DNA of 64,000 bases. It comes from a virus. Its lineage: Duplodnaviria; Caudoviricetes. The notes under the pieces are model-generated. The model was given only the letters and a program-made list of their open reading frames with translations. It was not told where the DNA came from and did not search any database. The stretch covers positions 9,616 to 73,615 of IMG/VR virus record IMGVR_UViG_3300038393_001263; one strand, given 5' to 3'. A program made the position numbers and the translations under genes. Positions 7,948 through 16,751 of the stretch are shown here, in pieces. The stretch's first letter is position 1. Each line of letters opens with the position of its first letter.

Positions 7948-9193
7948 CGAGTTCTCTCTATGGGCGCGGGGTTGTTTTCGGCATAGGAAAAACCGTGGCG
8001 ACGTACACATACAAGTTCCGGATATCACCCAACGCCGATCAAGCCTCTCGGCTGTCCCGGAATTTCGGCGCATGCCGGTTTGTGTACAACTACTTTCTCG
8101 CCAAGAGACAACAGGTATACCGAGAGAACGGGAAGGGGTCAACGTATTACAAAGACTGTGCCGACCTCACCCAATTGAAGAAAGAACTGCCGTGGATCAA
8201 GGACGCAAATTCCCAGTCCTTGCAGAAGGAGTTGAGGAACCTTGACACCGCCTATAGTCAGTTCTTCAAGAAGAAGGCCCGCTTTCCCAAATTCCACTCC
8301 AAGCACAAGGACAAGCAATCTTTCCATGTTCCCCAAGGAACACGGTTGAAGAACGGGCGGTTGTATATCCCGAAGTTTAAAGAGGGTATTCGGCTCAAGC
8401 AACACCGCCCTATCGATGGCGAGATCAGGCATGCGACGGTCATCCGGAACCGATCTGGCCAGCACTTTGTCTGCATCTGTGTTGAGCGGGATTTGCCGAA
8501 ATTCGAGACGAACTCCAACATGGTTGGCGTCGATCTCGGCTTGAAGGACTTGGCGACGTGTAGCGACGGCGAGGTCTTTGAGAACATCCGACCCTATCGC
8601 AACCTGCACCGCCGTCTCCGCCGACTACAGAAGTCGGTCAGTAGAAAGGTCAAGGGGTCGCACAGCTATATCAGAGCCAAGCAGTTGGTGGCTAAGTGCC
8701 ACCAGAAGATCGCCGACATCCGGAACAACCATCTCCATCGGGTCAGCAAGTCACTGGTCAACGAGAATCAAGTGATCGTGCTTGAAGACCTCCATGTCAA
8801 GGGGATGATGGCAAATCGGAGGTTGGCTAAGTCGGTGGCGGACGTGTCATTTCATGAATTGGCGAGACAGATCGAGTACAAGGCGGGGTGGTATGGGCGG
8901 GAAGTGATCCGGGTGGACCGCTGGTATCCTTCGTCCAAGACCTGTCATGCGTGCGGATTCATCAATGAAGGATTGACGTTAGAAGACAGGGAATGGACAT
9001 GCCCGATTTGCAAGAAAGAACATGATCGAGACTTCAACGCCTCGATGAATATCCTTGCCGAAGGCATGCGCCAACGAAGCACAACCGTGGGAACCACGGG
9101 GGTAGCGTGTGGAGAGGGTATTAGACTTCCATCGGGAAGCTGCTCTCGTCGAAGCACAGAAGCCGCTGGATATTTAGCCCAGCGATAGTTCAC
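7924..9193 (+). mobile_element. tnpB-only (IS1341-like) element; left end uncertain, no tnpA in the window
   Basis: right end GAAGCC...TTTAG...AGTTCAC ending at 9193; lower GC than flanks; candidate target motif TTGAC at 7919-7923. Confidence 0.65.
7995..9188 (+). CDS. tnpB: IS200/IS605-family RNA-guided nuclease TnpB
   Basis: N-terminal YKFRISP HTH; RuvC D (VGVDLG), E (IVLEDL), D (HDRDFNA); CxxC...CxxC zinc finger. Confidence 0.95.
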   Translation: MATYTYKFRISPNADQASRLSRNFGACRFVYNYFLAKRQQVYRENGKGSTYYKDCADLTQLKKELPWIKDANSQSLQKELRNLDTAYSQFFKKKARFPKFHSKHKDKQSFHVPQGTRLKNGRLYIPKFKEGIRLKQHRPIDGEIRHATVIRNRSGQHFVCICVERDLPKFETNSNMVGVDLGLKDLATCSDGEVFENIRPYRNLHRRLRRLQKSVSRKVKGSHSYIRAKQLVAKCHQKIADIRNNHLHRVSKSLVNENQVIVLEDLHVKGMMANRRLAKSVADVSFHELARQIEYKAGWYGREVIRVDRWYPSSKTCHACGFINEGLTLEDREWTCPICKKEHDRDFNASMNILAEGMRQRSTTVGTTGVACGEGIRLPSGSCSRRSTEAAGYLAQR

Positions 9194-9213
9194 CAGGGCG
9201 AGCGAGACCGCGT
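9085..9213 (+). ncRNA. TnpB omegaRNA (reRNA) overlapping the tnpB 3' end; predicted guide 9194-9213
   Basis: hairpin CCGTGGGAACCACGG, right-end hairpin, TTCAC boundary; guide CAGGGCGAGCGAGACCGCGT. Confidence 0.7.
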
Positions 9214-9252
9214 CTCCGCGCGTTGCGCCGCAGCACTCAGGGCCTTGCAGTC

Positions 9253-9696
9253 ATGAGCATCGAAGCCAAGCGTCGCGGTCGTCCGCCGAAAGCGCGAGCC
9301 GAGTCCGTCGAAGAGATCGCCGAAGACGTCGTCGAAGACGAGGTCGTCGAAGAGGACGCCCCGGACGAAGCGGTCCCGGTGGTCGTCGCGAACGGCCCGA
9401 AGTGCAAGTTCTGCGGCCGTCCGATGATGAGGTCGACCAAACTGCTCAAGCGGTACGAACTGGTCGCCGTCCGCTGCTCGCGGTGCCGCACGCTCGGGAT
9501 CGAGCACGACGACTACGGCCCGTTCGACGAGAACTCGGCGATCGTCGGCAGCCCCCCGCCCATCGTCGTCCGGGCGCGGACGCTGTACGCCGAACGACAC
9601 GCCGTCGCGCCGCCCCCGCCGCTCCAGCACGACCCGGTCTACGCCGCGATCACGAGCGATTGGGACGACGGACGCTGGGCCGAGATCGAAATGTGA
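9253..9696 (+). CDS. acidic protein with zinc ribbon
   Basis: CKFCG and CSRC pairs. Confidence 0.6.
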   Translation: MSIEAKRRGRPPKARAESVEEIAEDVVEDEVVEEDAPDEAVPVVVANGPKCKFCGRPMMRSTKLLKRYELVAVRCSRCRTLGIEHDDYGPFDENSAIVGSPPPIVVRARTLYAERHAVAPPPPLQHDPVYAAITSDWDDGRWAEIEM

Positions 9697-9781
9697 TTAA
9701 GGCCGCGATCGGGGTTGAGCCGAAGACCAGAATGCGATATCATTGGCATTTGTCAGTGATCTGACGCCCGCCGGAATCACC

Positions 9782-10018
9782 ATGCACCGCAGACGCCGCG
9801 ACGCCATCGAAGACTTCCTCGTCGTCACAGCCGGCCCCTGGCTTCCCGCCGCGATCGATTTCGCGTGGAAGACCCTGCTCGGCCTGGCGGCGATCCCCCT
9901 GGCGCTGATCGCGTTTATGGGGCTGAAAGTCTTCCGGTGGATCCTTCGGCTGCACGACTTCGGCGAGAGGACGCAGAACGCCATCAGCCTCTTCATCAAC
10001 CCCCGGCGCGACGCATGA
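9782..10018 (+). CDS. small membrane protein
   Basis: hydrophobic LLGLAAIPLALIAFMGL. Confidence 0.5.
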   Translation: MHRRRRDAIEDFLVVTAGPWLPAAIDFAWKTLLGLAAIPLALIAFMGLKVFRWILRLHDFGERTQNAISLFINPRRDA

Positions 10019-10281
10019 TCGAAACGACGAACGACGCCGAGACGTATTGCTCGGACTGCGGCTGCATCTCCGACGACGAGATTTGCCCGCGATGCCGCGC
10101 GGAGATCGCCGACGCCCAGAGCCGGAACCCGGACTATCGCGGCGACCGGCGCTGGAACGGGCAGATCATGTCGCGACGCAACGACGAACTGGACGGAACC
10201 GTACTGTCCGACGTAAGGGAGATGCCGGGGTTCTCGATGTCGAGACGATGGCGGATTAAAGGAAATCGCCGTTTCCTTTAA
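10015..10281 (+). CDS. small zinc-finger protein
   Basis: CSDCG...CPRC; ATGA overlap. Confidence 0.5.
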   Translation: MIETTNDAETYCSDCGCISDDEICPRCRAEIADAQSRNPDYRGDRRWNGQIMSRRNDELDGTVLSDVREMPGFSMSRRWRIKGNRRFL

Positions 10282-10332
10282 TACAAACGCTCGGATGAAA
10301 GCCTTGTCATCGGGTCATGAAATAAGGAAGCC

Positions 10333-10578
10333 ATGAGCGTCATCCATCGGCAGGTCATCGACCACGACCACGGGCTGAAGTGCAAGCGGTGCGGCTGTCG
10401 CTATGAGGCCGAGCACGTCGAGACGTATTCGCATCGCTTCGACAATCGCTTCGATCCGAAAAGCGACGCGCCGCCCACGCCGAACGCCTCCCATGTCCAA
10501 CTGAAGTGCGTCGACTGCGGCGAATCCGAATGCTATCCGTCGATCGAATACGCGGTTTCGGTGGAGAAGACGTCATGA
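10333..10578 (+). CDS. small zinc-ribbon protein
   Basis: CKRCGC...CVDCG. Confidence 0.55.
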   Translation: MSVIHRQVIDHDHGLKCKRCGCRYEAEHVETYSHRFDNRFDPKSDAPPTPNASHVQLKCVDCGESECYPSIEYAVSVEKTS

Positions 10579-10718
10579 TCCCTCTCTATACGTTCAGCGT
10601 GGCGATGTTCCCCGGCCATGCGACGATGGCCCTGCCGCGATTCCGCGAGATGAATCACTATTACTGTGTGAACGCCGCGATCTATGCGGAACTGTCGTTC
10701 GCCGAAGCGACCAACTGA
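10575..10718 (+). CDS. small hypothetical protein
   Basis: 47-aa ORF, ATGA-coupled to previous gene. Confidence 0.4.
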   Translation: MIPLYTFSVAMFPGHATMALPRFREMNHYYCVNAAIYAELSFAEATN

Positions 10719-10725
10719 TACACAC

Positions 10726-10825
10726 GCCAGGGCGAGGTGGCTCAGCCTCCGAAACAGTAGAACAGGCTGGCGCCAGCCTGGGATTCACGTCGGATGTGCA
10801 GCAGGTTCGAAGCCTGCCCTTGGTT
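10726..10825 (+). ncRNA. tRNA-like structured element (non-canonical)
   Basis: T-arm GCAGG-TTCGAAG-CCTGC, acceptor-like GCCAGGG/CCTTGGT, TGGCTCAG D-arm-like start; no canonical 7-nt anticodon loop. Confidence 0.5.
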
Positions 10826-10909
10826 CTCTACGTCCCGCCATGCTTCCCTTGCTGAGTCATCGGCGAGGCCCGTGGCGGGTTTTCTTTGACAATTCGGAGC
10901 CGGCGTGCC

Positions 10910-11140
10910 ATGCGACACCGCCTCAAGCCGTCCTTCGACGACATGGAGGATCGGATCAGCCCGAGCACGCTGATATCCGACCCCACGGTGCCGCGTCCTC
11001 CGACGAATCCCGATCCGACGCCCCCGCCGACGCCGACTCCACCGCCCATGCCCGAGCCGTCGCCCGGACCGTATCCCGGCGACGACCCTCCGATCGTGTA
11101 TCCGCCGCCACCCGAAGGCGGACCAGTCGGACCCGCCTGA
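10910..11140 (+). CDS. Pro-rich mini-protein with planctomycete extracellular (LEPR-XLL-like) N-terminal motif
   Basis: RHRLKPSFDDMEDRISPS resembles RxRxxPxxExLExRxxxS; remainder is poly-Pro/Thr. Confidence 0.6.
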   Translation: MRHRLKPSFDDMEDRISPSTLISDPTVPRPPTNPDPTPPPTPTPPPMPEPSPGPYPGDDPPIVYPPPPEGGPVGPA

Positions 11141-11168
11141 ATCACCTTCCTCGGCTGCCGGATCAACC

Positions 11169-12809
11169 TTGCCCACCCTCAGCGAGCGAATCGACGGAGC
11201 CCTCTCGGCGTACGGGTTCGAGCGTAAAAGCTCGCCCGGACCTGCGGGGGGATACTCCTTCGGCACCACGTTCGTCGGCGGCCCGAACTACACCGACGCG
11301 TGGAAGTCGAAGCGAGCCCCGTCGCCGGCCGAACTGGTCGAGCACTTCAAGTCGCTCGTCTTCTCGTGCGTCATCACGAACGCCGACGCCGTTAGTTCGG
11401 TGCCGCTCAAACTCTACATGAACGTCTCCGACGGCCGCAAGCCGAAGGACGGACTGGGGTCGCAGGAGATCACCAAGCGGCAGGTCGAGCATCTTCGCTC
11501 CACGCAGTACGTCGGAGGCTCGGCGGGCGTCTCGGACATCAGGGAGGTCCGCGACCATCCCTTCCTCATGGCGCTGGACCAGCCCGATCCGCAGGGCATC
11601 CTCAGCCGCACGCAACTTCTCAAACTGATATCGATGTACTGCGACACGGTCGGCGTCGCGTACGTCCAGCCCGAAGGCCGCGTCAGTGCCCCGTACCGCT
11701 GGCTGTGGATCCTCGCCAGCCAGTACATGCTGCCGGTGTTCGACGGCTCCAGTCCGATCCCGTCGTCGTACAACTACGGCAGCCGGAACTTCAAACCCGA
11801 AGAACTGATCTGCTTCCGAACCAGCCTCAGCCTCAAGAACTCCTACGGGTCGAACTACTCGCCGCTCTACGCGGCCGTCGAGTACGCCAAGCTCGAAGAC
11901 AAGTTCGTCTCGATCCAGGAACAGTTGATGGCGCAGGGGCCGCGTCCCAACCTTTTGGTGACGCCGTCGAACCCCGACCTGCCGCCCGGCCAGGACGAGA
12001 AACTTCGGTTCGAGCAAGACCTGAACCGGAAGCACGCTCGCGGCGCGCAGGGCGGCGTGATCGTCGCCAACGGCGCCTGGGACGTGAAGCCGATCACGTA
12101 CAGTCCGACCGACCTGACCGGCCTGAAGATCGCCGAGTACGACCTGGAGCGGATCTGCGCGTGCTTCGGCGTGCCGATCACGCTGTTCCTCAGCGAGACG
12201 AACCTCGCCAACCTCCAGGCGGCCGAGAAACTTCACGCCGTCCGCGCCGTCAATCCCCGCTGCAAGGCGATCGCCGACCGCCTGACGCAAGTCGTCCGCC
12301 AGTGGGATCGACGCCTGTTCTTCGCGTTCGACAACGCGGTGGCCGCCGACCGCGAGTTGGAGGCGAAGCTTTTCGACATGGAGATCAAGAACGGCTCCAC
12401 GACGATCAACCAGGCGAACCAGGAGACCGGGAAGCCGCCCGTGCCGTGGGGCGACGAGCCGTGGTTCCAGAACACGATGGCCCAGCCGTCGGCGATCAAG
12501 GAATTGAACCAAGCTACTATTACGGCAAGCACCCTCGCTGCGGTAGGATCGAAGGAAGGCGGCGGCAGTGCGGCCGTCGGCAACAAGGACGCGAAGAAAG
12601 CCAAGGGCGGCTCGCAGAAGGGCGGCTCCGATGCTAAGCGGAATCTTGAGCCTGGCTATCCCGATCTTCCTGGCGTTGTTCGTAGCCTTCACGATCAAGC
12701 CGATGAGGCGGTTCTTGCAGTCGAAGGATTGACGCTGGAGGGTGAGGATGGCGACCCTTTCGCCTTCCTGGCCTGGGACGAGGAAAGCCGCTCGGCGGCG
12801 AACGGCTGA
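11169..12809 (+). CDS. phage portal protein (HK97-type)
   Basis: VFSCVITNADAVSSVPLKLY, ERICACFGVPITLF, TINQANQETGKPPVPWGDEP. Confidence 0.9.
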   Translation: MPTLSERIDGALSAYGFERKSSPGPAGGYSFGTTFVGGPNYTDAWKSKRAPSPAELVEHFKSLVFSCVITNADAVSSVPLKLYMNVSDGRKPKDGLGSQEITKRQVEHLRSTQYVGGSAGVSDIREVRDHPFLMALDQPDPQGILSRTQLLKLISMYCDTVGVAYVQPEGRVSAPYRWLWILASQYMLPVFDGSSPIPSSYNYGSRNFKPEELICFRTSLSLKNSYGSNYSPLYAAVEYAKLEDKFVSIQEQLMAQGPRPNLLVTPSNPDLPPGQDEKLRFEQDLNRKHARGAQGGVIVANGAWDVKPITYSPTDLTGLKIAEYDLERICACFGVPITLFLSETNLANLQAAEKLHAVRAVNPRCKAIADRLTQVVRQWDRRLFFAFDNAVAADRELEAKLFDMEIKNGSTTINQANQETGKPPVPWGDEPWFQNTMAQPSAIKELNQATITASTLAAVGSKEGGGSAAVGNKDAKKAKGGSQKGGSDAKRNLEPGYPDLPGVVRSLHDQADEAVLAVEGLTLEGEDGDPFAFLAWDEESRSAANG

Positions 12810-13579
12810 TCGCCAAGCCGGCGTCGGCCGAGGCGATCCTCGCCCACGTCCTCAAGAAACTCGGATGGACCTCGCGCTACAAGAAGGGATCGCTCGATGA
12901 GCATGAGCGTCTTCGCCTCCTCGCAGCGATTCGCGCTTTTTCAAAAGCGTGGATCCGACATGAGGCTGAACAGTGGGCGCGGCAGCAACTCGACTGGCAA
13001 GAGAAGCGGAGTCTTCTCGGCGCAGCCGAAGTTGAGCAAGTTGGGCGGTCTCTACGTGAACAAGCGGAGCGGTTCTTCCGGCGGATGAAAGGGTTCGTCC
13101 GCGAGTCGATCGTCGCGGGCGTCATGGGTCTGCTCGGCCCGCGTCCGATGACCGGCGAAGAACTCCAGCACGCCGAACGCCTCGCGACCGTCCAGGACGC
13201 GTACCTCGATCGCTTCAAGGCCGACCTGCTTCGTCCCCAGCCGTTCCCGCCCGACAAGACCTACCAAATCTTCATCGGCCCCGCGCCGATCACCGCCAAT
13301 CAGTTCATCGCCCGCGCGGAGTCCTACGGCGCGACCGTCTGGGGCGACGCGCAGGAGATCGCCCGAGCGTCCTACGCTCGCGAAGGCGTGTTCGACGAGG
13401 AACGGCTGGTTCTCGGCGACGCGGAACACTGCCAAGGCTGTATCGACGACAATGCTCGCGGCTTCGTCCCCATTGGAACGCTGGCTCCGATCGGGTCGCG
13501 CGAGTGCAGGCAAAATTGCCGGTGTCATTTCAGCTACCGCAGACGTCCGATCAACACGGTTTTTCAGGCGACGCCATGA
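12746..13579 (+). CDS. minor head protein (MuF/SPP1 gp7-like); frame open from 12746, first ATG only at 13085
   Basis: C-terminal HCQGC...ECRQNCRC motif; coding-like sequence continues upstream to the in-frame TGA at 12743-12745. Confidence 0.65.
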   Translation, partial: GWRPFRLPGLGRGKPLGGERLIAKPASAEAILAHVLKKLGWTSRYKKGSLDEHERLRLLAAIRAFSKAWIRHEAEQWARQQLDWQEKRSLLGAAEVEQVGRSLREQAERFFRRMKGFVRESIVAGVMGLLGPRPMTGEELQHAERLATVQDAYLDRFKADLLRPQPFPPDKTYQIFIGPAPITANQFIARAESYGATVWGDAQEIARASYAREGVFDEERLVLGDAEHCQGCIDDNARGFVPIGTLAPIGSRECRQNCRCHFSYRRRPINTVFQATP

Positions 13580-13815
13580 GCAGCGAACTCGGCAGGATCA
13601 TGAGCGGCCGTAAGCTCGGCGACATGATCGTTGAAGCCTTGGGCATCACTCATCCCGTTCGCAGCATCAAGATCGAACTCGACTGGCGCGGTGAGCCGGC
13701 ACTCGTGACGATCGAGTCGTTCGTTCGCGACGAGCAAGGGAAGAAACTCGCGATCCTCTTGACCGAAGGCTTCGAACTTCGCAAGCGGAGCGAGGAGCAA
13801 ACGCCGCTGGTGTAG
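13576..13815 (+). CDS. hypothetical protein
   Basis: 79-aa ORF, ATGA-coupled. Confidence 0.55.
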   Translation: MSSELGRIMSGRKLGDMIVEALGITHPVRSIKIELDWRGEPALVTIESFVRDEQGKKLAILLTEGFELRKRSEEQTPLV

Positions 13816-13817
13816 CC

Positions 13818-14372
13818 ATGCCGATCTCGTGGAATCCGACGAGTTGGATCGACCGGCTCGTCGAGCAACGGATGCACGTCGCCGGCCAATCAATGGTCGC
13901 GATGGCCAAGGCGTTGGTTCCCGTCGACACCGGATTGCTCAAGTCGAAGATTTACTACACCTACGCGCCCGCCACCAAGACGCTGACGCTGCACGCGGAT
14001 ACCGGCTACAGCCTCTTCGTGGAGCAGGGCACGCATAAAATGGCGCCACGGCCTTATCTAAGGCCAGCCATCAACGCCTTCGCCCCCGCCTTCCTGACCG
14101 GGAAGTTCACGGGCGTCTCCACCCAGATCATGGGCGGGACGTTCAACGACGAATTCCACGTCCCGCTCAAGATCCAATCCAAGATTCGCCCCCATATCGC
14201 CGCCGCGAACGCCATGCACAACGTCGGCGCGGTCGCGAGGACGAAGTTGACCGCCGTCCATATGACCCGCGACAACGAGCCGCGACGTCACAACGTCGGA
14301 CTCCAGCAGAAGAACAAGGTCATCCTTTCGAGCCTGTCCAAGCTCAACCGCATGCGCAAGGCATGGAATTAA
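13818..14372 (+). CDS. HK97 gp10-like neck/tail-completion protein
   Basis: AKALVPVDTGLLKSKI...YSLFVEQGTHKMAPRPYLRPA. Confidence 0.85.
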   Translation: MPISWNPTSWIDRLVEQRMHVAGQSMVAMAKALVPVDTGLLKSKIYYTYAPATKTLTLHADTGYSLFVEQGTHKMAPRPYLRPAINAFAPAFLTGKFTGVSTQIMGGTFNDEFHVPLKIQSKIRPHIAAANAMHNVGAVARTKLTAVHMTRDNEPRRHNVGLQQKNKVILSSLSKLNRMRKAWN

Positions 14373-14632
14373 TGATCTCTCCTCCCCTGCTCGTCTCCCC
14401 CCTCGTCGCCCTCACCGACTCCGAACGCGAAGAGTTCACCGGCGAAGTCAAGGACATTTCCAAGGCGACGGACGGATCGGTGATCTCGATCCCGTTCCCG
14501 ATCGCGATGCACCACCGGATCGACGGGATCTGGCTCCCCGTCTCGGACCTCGGCTCGTTCCACGCACCGCCCGATCCCAAGGCGAAACCTGAGCCGGAAG
14601 AGTCGAGTTACGTACCGGACGAGTTCGCCTGA
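14372..14632 (+). CDS. hypothetical protein
   Basis: TAATG-coupled ORF. Confidence 0.5.
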   Translation: MISPPLLVSPLVALTDSEREEFTGEVKDISKATDGSVISIPFPIAMHHRIDGIWLPVSDLGSFHAPPDPKAKPEPEESSYVPDEFA

Positions 14633-14663
14633 GCGACCGCCTTTCCGAATCACGAGGCTTGAA

Positions 14664-15635
14664 ATGGATCATCTACGCCGGTCGTTCGCCGCCACGATGG
14701 ACGACGCCAATCCTGCGGAACGAACCATCGTCGCGAAGATCAGCGTCGGGGACGTCGATCGGCATCGCACGCTCATCGACTCCAGGGGCATCGACCTGAC
14801 GAACTTCCGTCAGAACCCCGTGGTCCTGTTCGAGCACGGGCTCGACCCGACGCGCGGCGCCGTCCCGATCGGACGCTGCCTCTGGGTTCGCCACGACGGA
14901 AGCGGGAACGGCCGGCTGATCGCCAAGACCCAGTTTTCCCGCGATGCCTTTTCGCAGACCCTATTCGACTTCTACCGCGACGGCACGATGCGGGGCTGGT
15001 CGATCCAGGGCGGGCGAAAGGACGCGAGCCCGCCGACGCGGGAGGAGATCCGCAGGCGTCCCGAACTGGCCGACTGCGAACTGATCTACAGATCAATCGA
15101 TCTATACGAGTACTCGGCCGTGTCAGTGCCGAGCTGCGCCTCGGCCTTGTCGGACCCCGAACTCCGCTCCCTCTCGAAACTCGTCGTTCGCGGCTTCTGG
15201 TCCCCGAGCGAGGAAGTCAAGCCGTTGATCGACAGCCTGTGCGTCGAAGTCGACCCGGAAACGGAAGAGGCCCCCGCCGACGAGACGCCCGCCGAGGAAG
15301 TCGCGACCGACGCCGAAGTGGCCCGCGACGCGCCGACCGAAGACGTGGTCGAAGCCGTTGTCGAGACCGATCCGGAAACGGCCGAGCCAGTCGTCGAAGA
15401 GACGGTCGAGCGTTCGGCGCCGGAAGCGGAACCGATCGCGGAAGCCTCGCCCGAACCCGAGAAGGAAGTCGAGCCGGAACCCGTCGTCGAGCCCGCGAAG
15501 CCCGAACTGCCGCCGCTCGTCGGCCGGACACTGGAAGAGGTCGTGAAGTCCGCCGTCGATCCGATCGGCGCATTCGAGCGGGCGTTCGCGGAGAAGATGA
15601 AGGATCTCCAGGGCTGGCTTCGCGGCGAAGCTTGA
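14664..15635 (+). CDS. prohead maturation protease (HK97-type) with acidic C-terminal extension
   Basis: NPVVLFEHG (His), RGWSIQG (Ser), LYEYSAVSVPS; E/P-rich tail. Confidence 0.85.
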   Translation: MDHLRRSFAATMDDANPAERTIVAKISVGDVDRHRTLIDSRGIDLTNFRQNPVVLFEHGLDPTRGAVPIGRCLWVRHDGSGNGRLIAKTQFSRDAFSQTLFDFYRDGTMRGWSIQGGRKDASPPTREEIRRRPELADCELIYRSIDLYEYSAVSVPSCASALSDPELRSLSKLVVRGFWSPSEEVKPLIDSLCVEVDPETEEAPADETPAEEVATDAEVARDAPTEDVVEAVVETDPETAEPVVEETVERSAPEAEPIAEASPEPEKEVEPEPVVEPAKPELPPLVGRTLEEVVKSAVDPIGAFERAFAEKMKDLQGWLRGEA

Positions 15636-15680
15636 TCAGTCGGCGTCATCACGTTCTTTGAAAATCCGAGGCATCGCACC

Positions 15681-16751
15681 ATGTCAACCGCACCGAGCGG
15701 AATCGACGCCGCCGTCCGCCTGTTCGGCGACATCAGCCGGTCCATCGTCGACCGGGACGCGCCGGAAGCCGTCCGTCGCGGCTGGAACACCTACGGCGGC
15801 GGCCCCAACGGCGGGTTCCTGCTCGACACGGATTTGATCGGCGGGATCTTCGACAAGGCCCGCGCGATCGACGGACCGCTGGCGCGATGCCTGCTCCTGC
15901 CGACCACGAAGCATACCGCCGAGTGGCCGGTGTTCGACGAGACCAGCCGCGCGAACGGATCGCGGCTCGGCGGCATCAAGGGCCGCTGGCAGGGGACGAC
16001 CGACGACCAGTCGATGACGCCCTACGCCAGCCAGCCGTCGGTCGCGATGAACCAGTTCGTCCCCAAGCGGTTCACGATCCTCTCGCAGCCGTACTCGCGC
16101 GACCTGCTCGAAGACGCCCCGATCGCCGAGGCCGCCCTCGAATACGCGGCCAGACAGGAAGTCCGCTACGAGATCGTCAACGCGATGATCAACGGGCAGG
16201 GCGCCACCCACCCCTACGGCGTGCTCAACTCGCCCTCCACGATCGCCGTCTCCCGCGCCACGCCGAGCACGATCAGCCAGGCCGACGTCGACAACGCGTG
16301 GTCCCGCATGTGGGGCTTCAGCCGCCGCAACGCGGTCTGGCTGGCGAACGACGACACGCTGCTCAAGATCGACGCGGTCGCGACGACGCTCGGCTGGCCC
16401 GCCGCCACCTATCTCCCGCAGGGCGTCGCCGGAAACCCCTATCCCTTGCTCAAGGGACGGCCGCTGCTCCCCTGCGAGCAATGCGCGGTCCTCGGGTCGA
16501 CCGGCGATTTGATCCTCGGCGACTGGAGCCAGTACGCCCTGGTCGTCCGCACGGTCGACGACGAGGCGACGCTCTCCTATGCGTCGCCCGAAGCCTTCAT
16601 CGAGAAGCGTTCGGCCGACCAGTTCATGTTCGACACGGATTCCATCGTCTTCCGGTTCAAGATCCGGATCGACGGCATGCCGCTCTGGAAGAAGCCGATC
16701 ACCATCGCGGACGGTTCCCAGACCGCTTCGCCCTTCGTCGTCATCGCCTGA
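15681..16751 (+). CDS. HK97-fold major capsid protein paralog 1 (no delta domain)
   Basis: GGFLL, SRDLLED, INGQG...PYGVLN, GDLILGDWSQY, FRFKIRIDG. Confidence 0.9.
   Translation: MSTAPSGIDAAVRLFGDISRSIVDRDAPEAVRRGWNTYGGGPNGGFLLDTDLIGGIFDKARAIDGPLARCLLLPTTKHTAEWPVFDETSRANGSRLGGIKGRWQGTTDDQSMTPYASQPSVAMNQFVPKRFTILSQPYSRDLLEDAPIAEAALEYAARQEVRYEIVNAMINGQGATHPYGVLNSPSTIAVSRATPSTISQADVDNAWSRMWGFSRRNAVWLANDDTLLKIDAVATTLGWPAATYLPQGVAGNPYPLLKGRPLLPCEQCAVLGSTGDLILGDWSQYALVVRTVDDEATLSYASPEAFIEKRSADQFMFDTDSIVFRFKIRIDGMPLWKKPITIADGSQTASPFVVIA

Noticed and set aside
12631-12732. Small hydrophobic ORF MLSGILSLAIPIFLALFVAFTIKPMRRFLQSKD inside the portal 3' end
   Set aside because: Fully overlaps the portal frame, has no clear SD, and cannot be distinguished from a shadow ORF.
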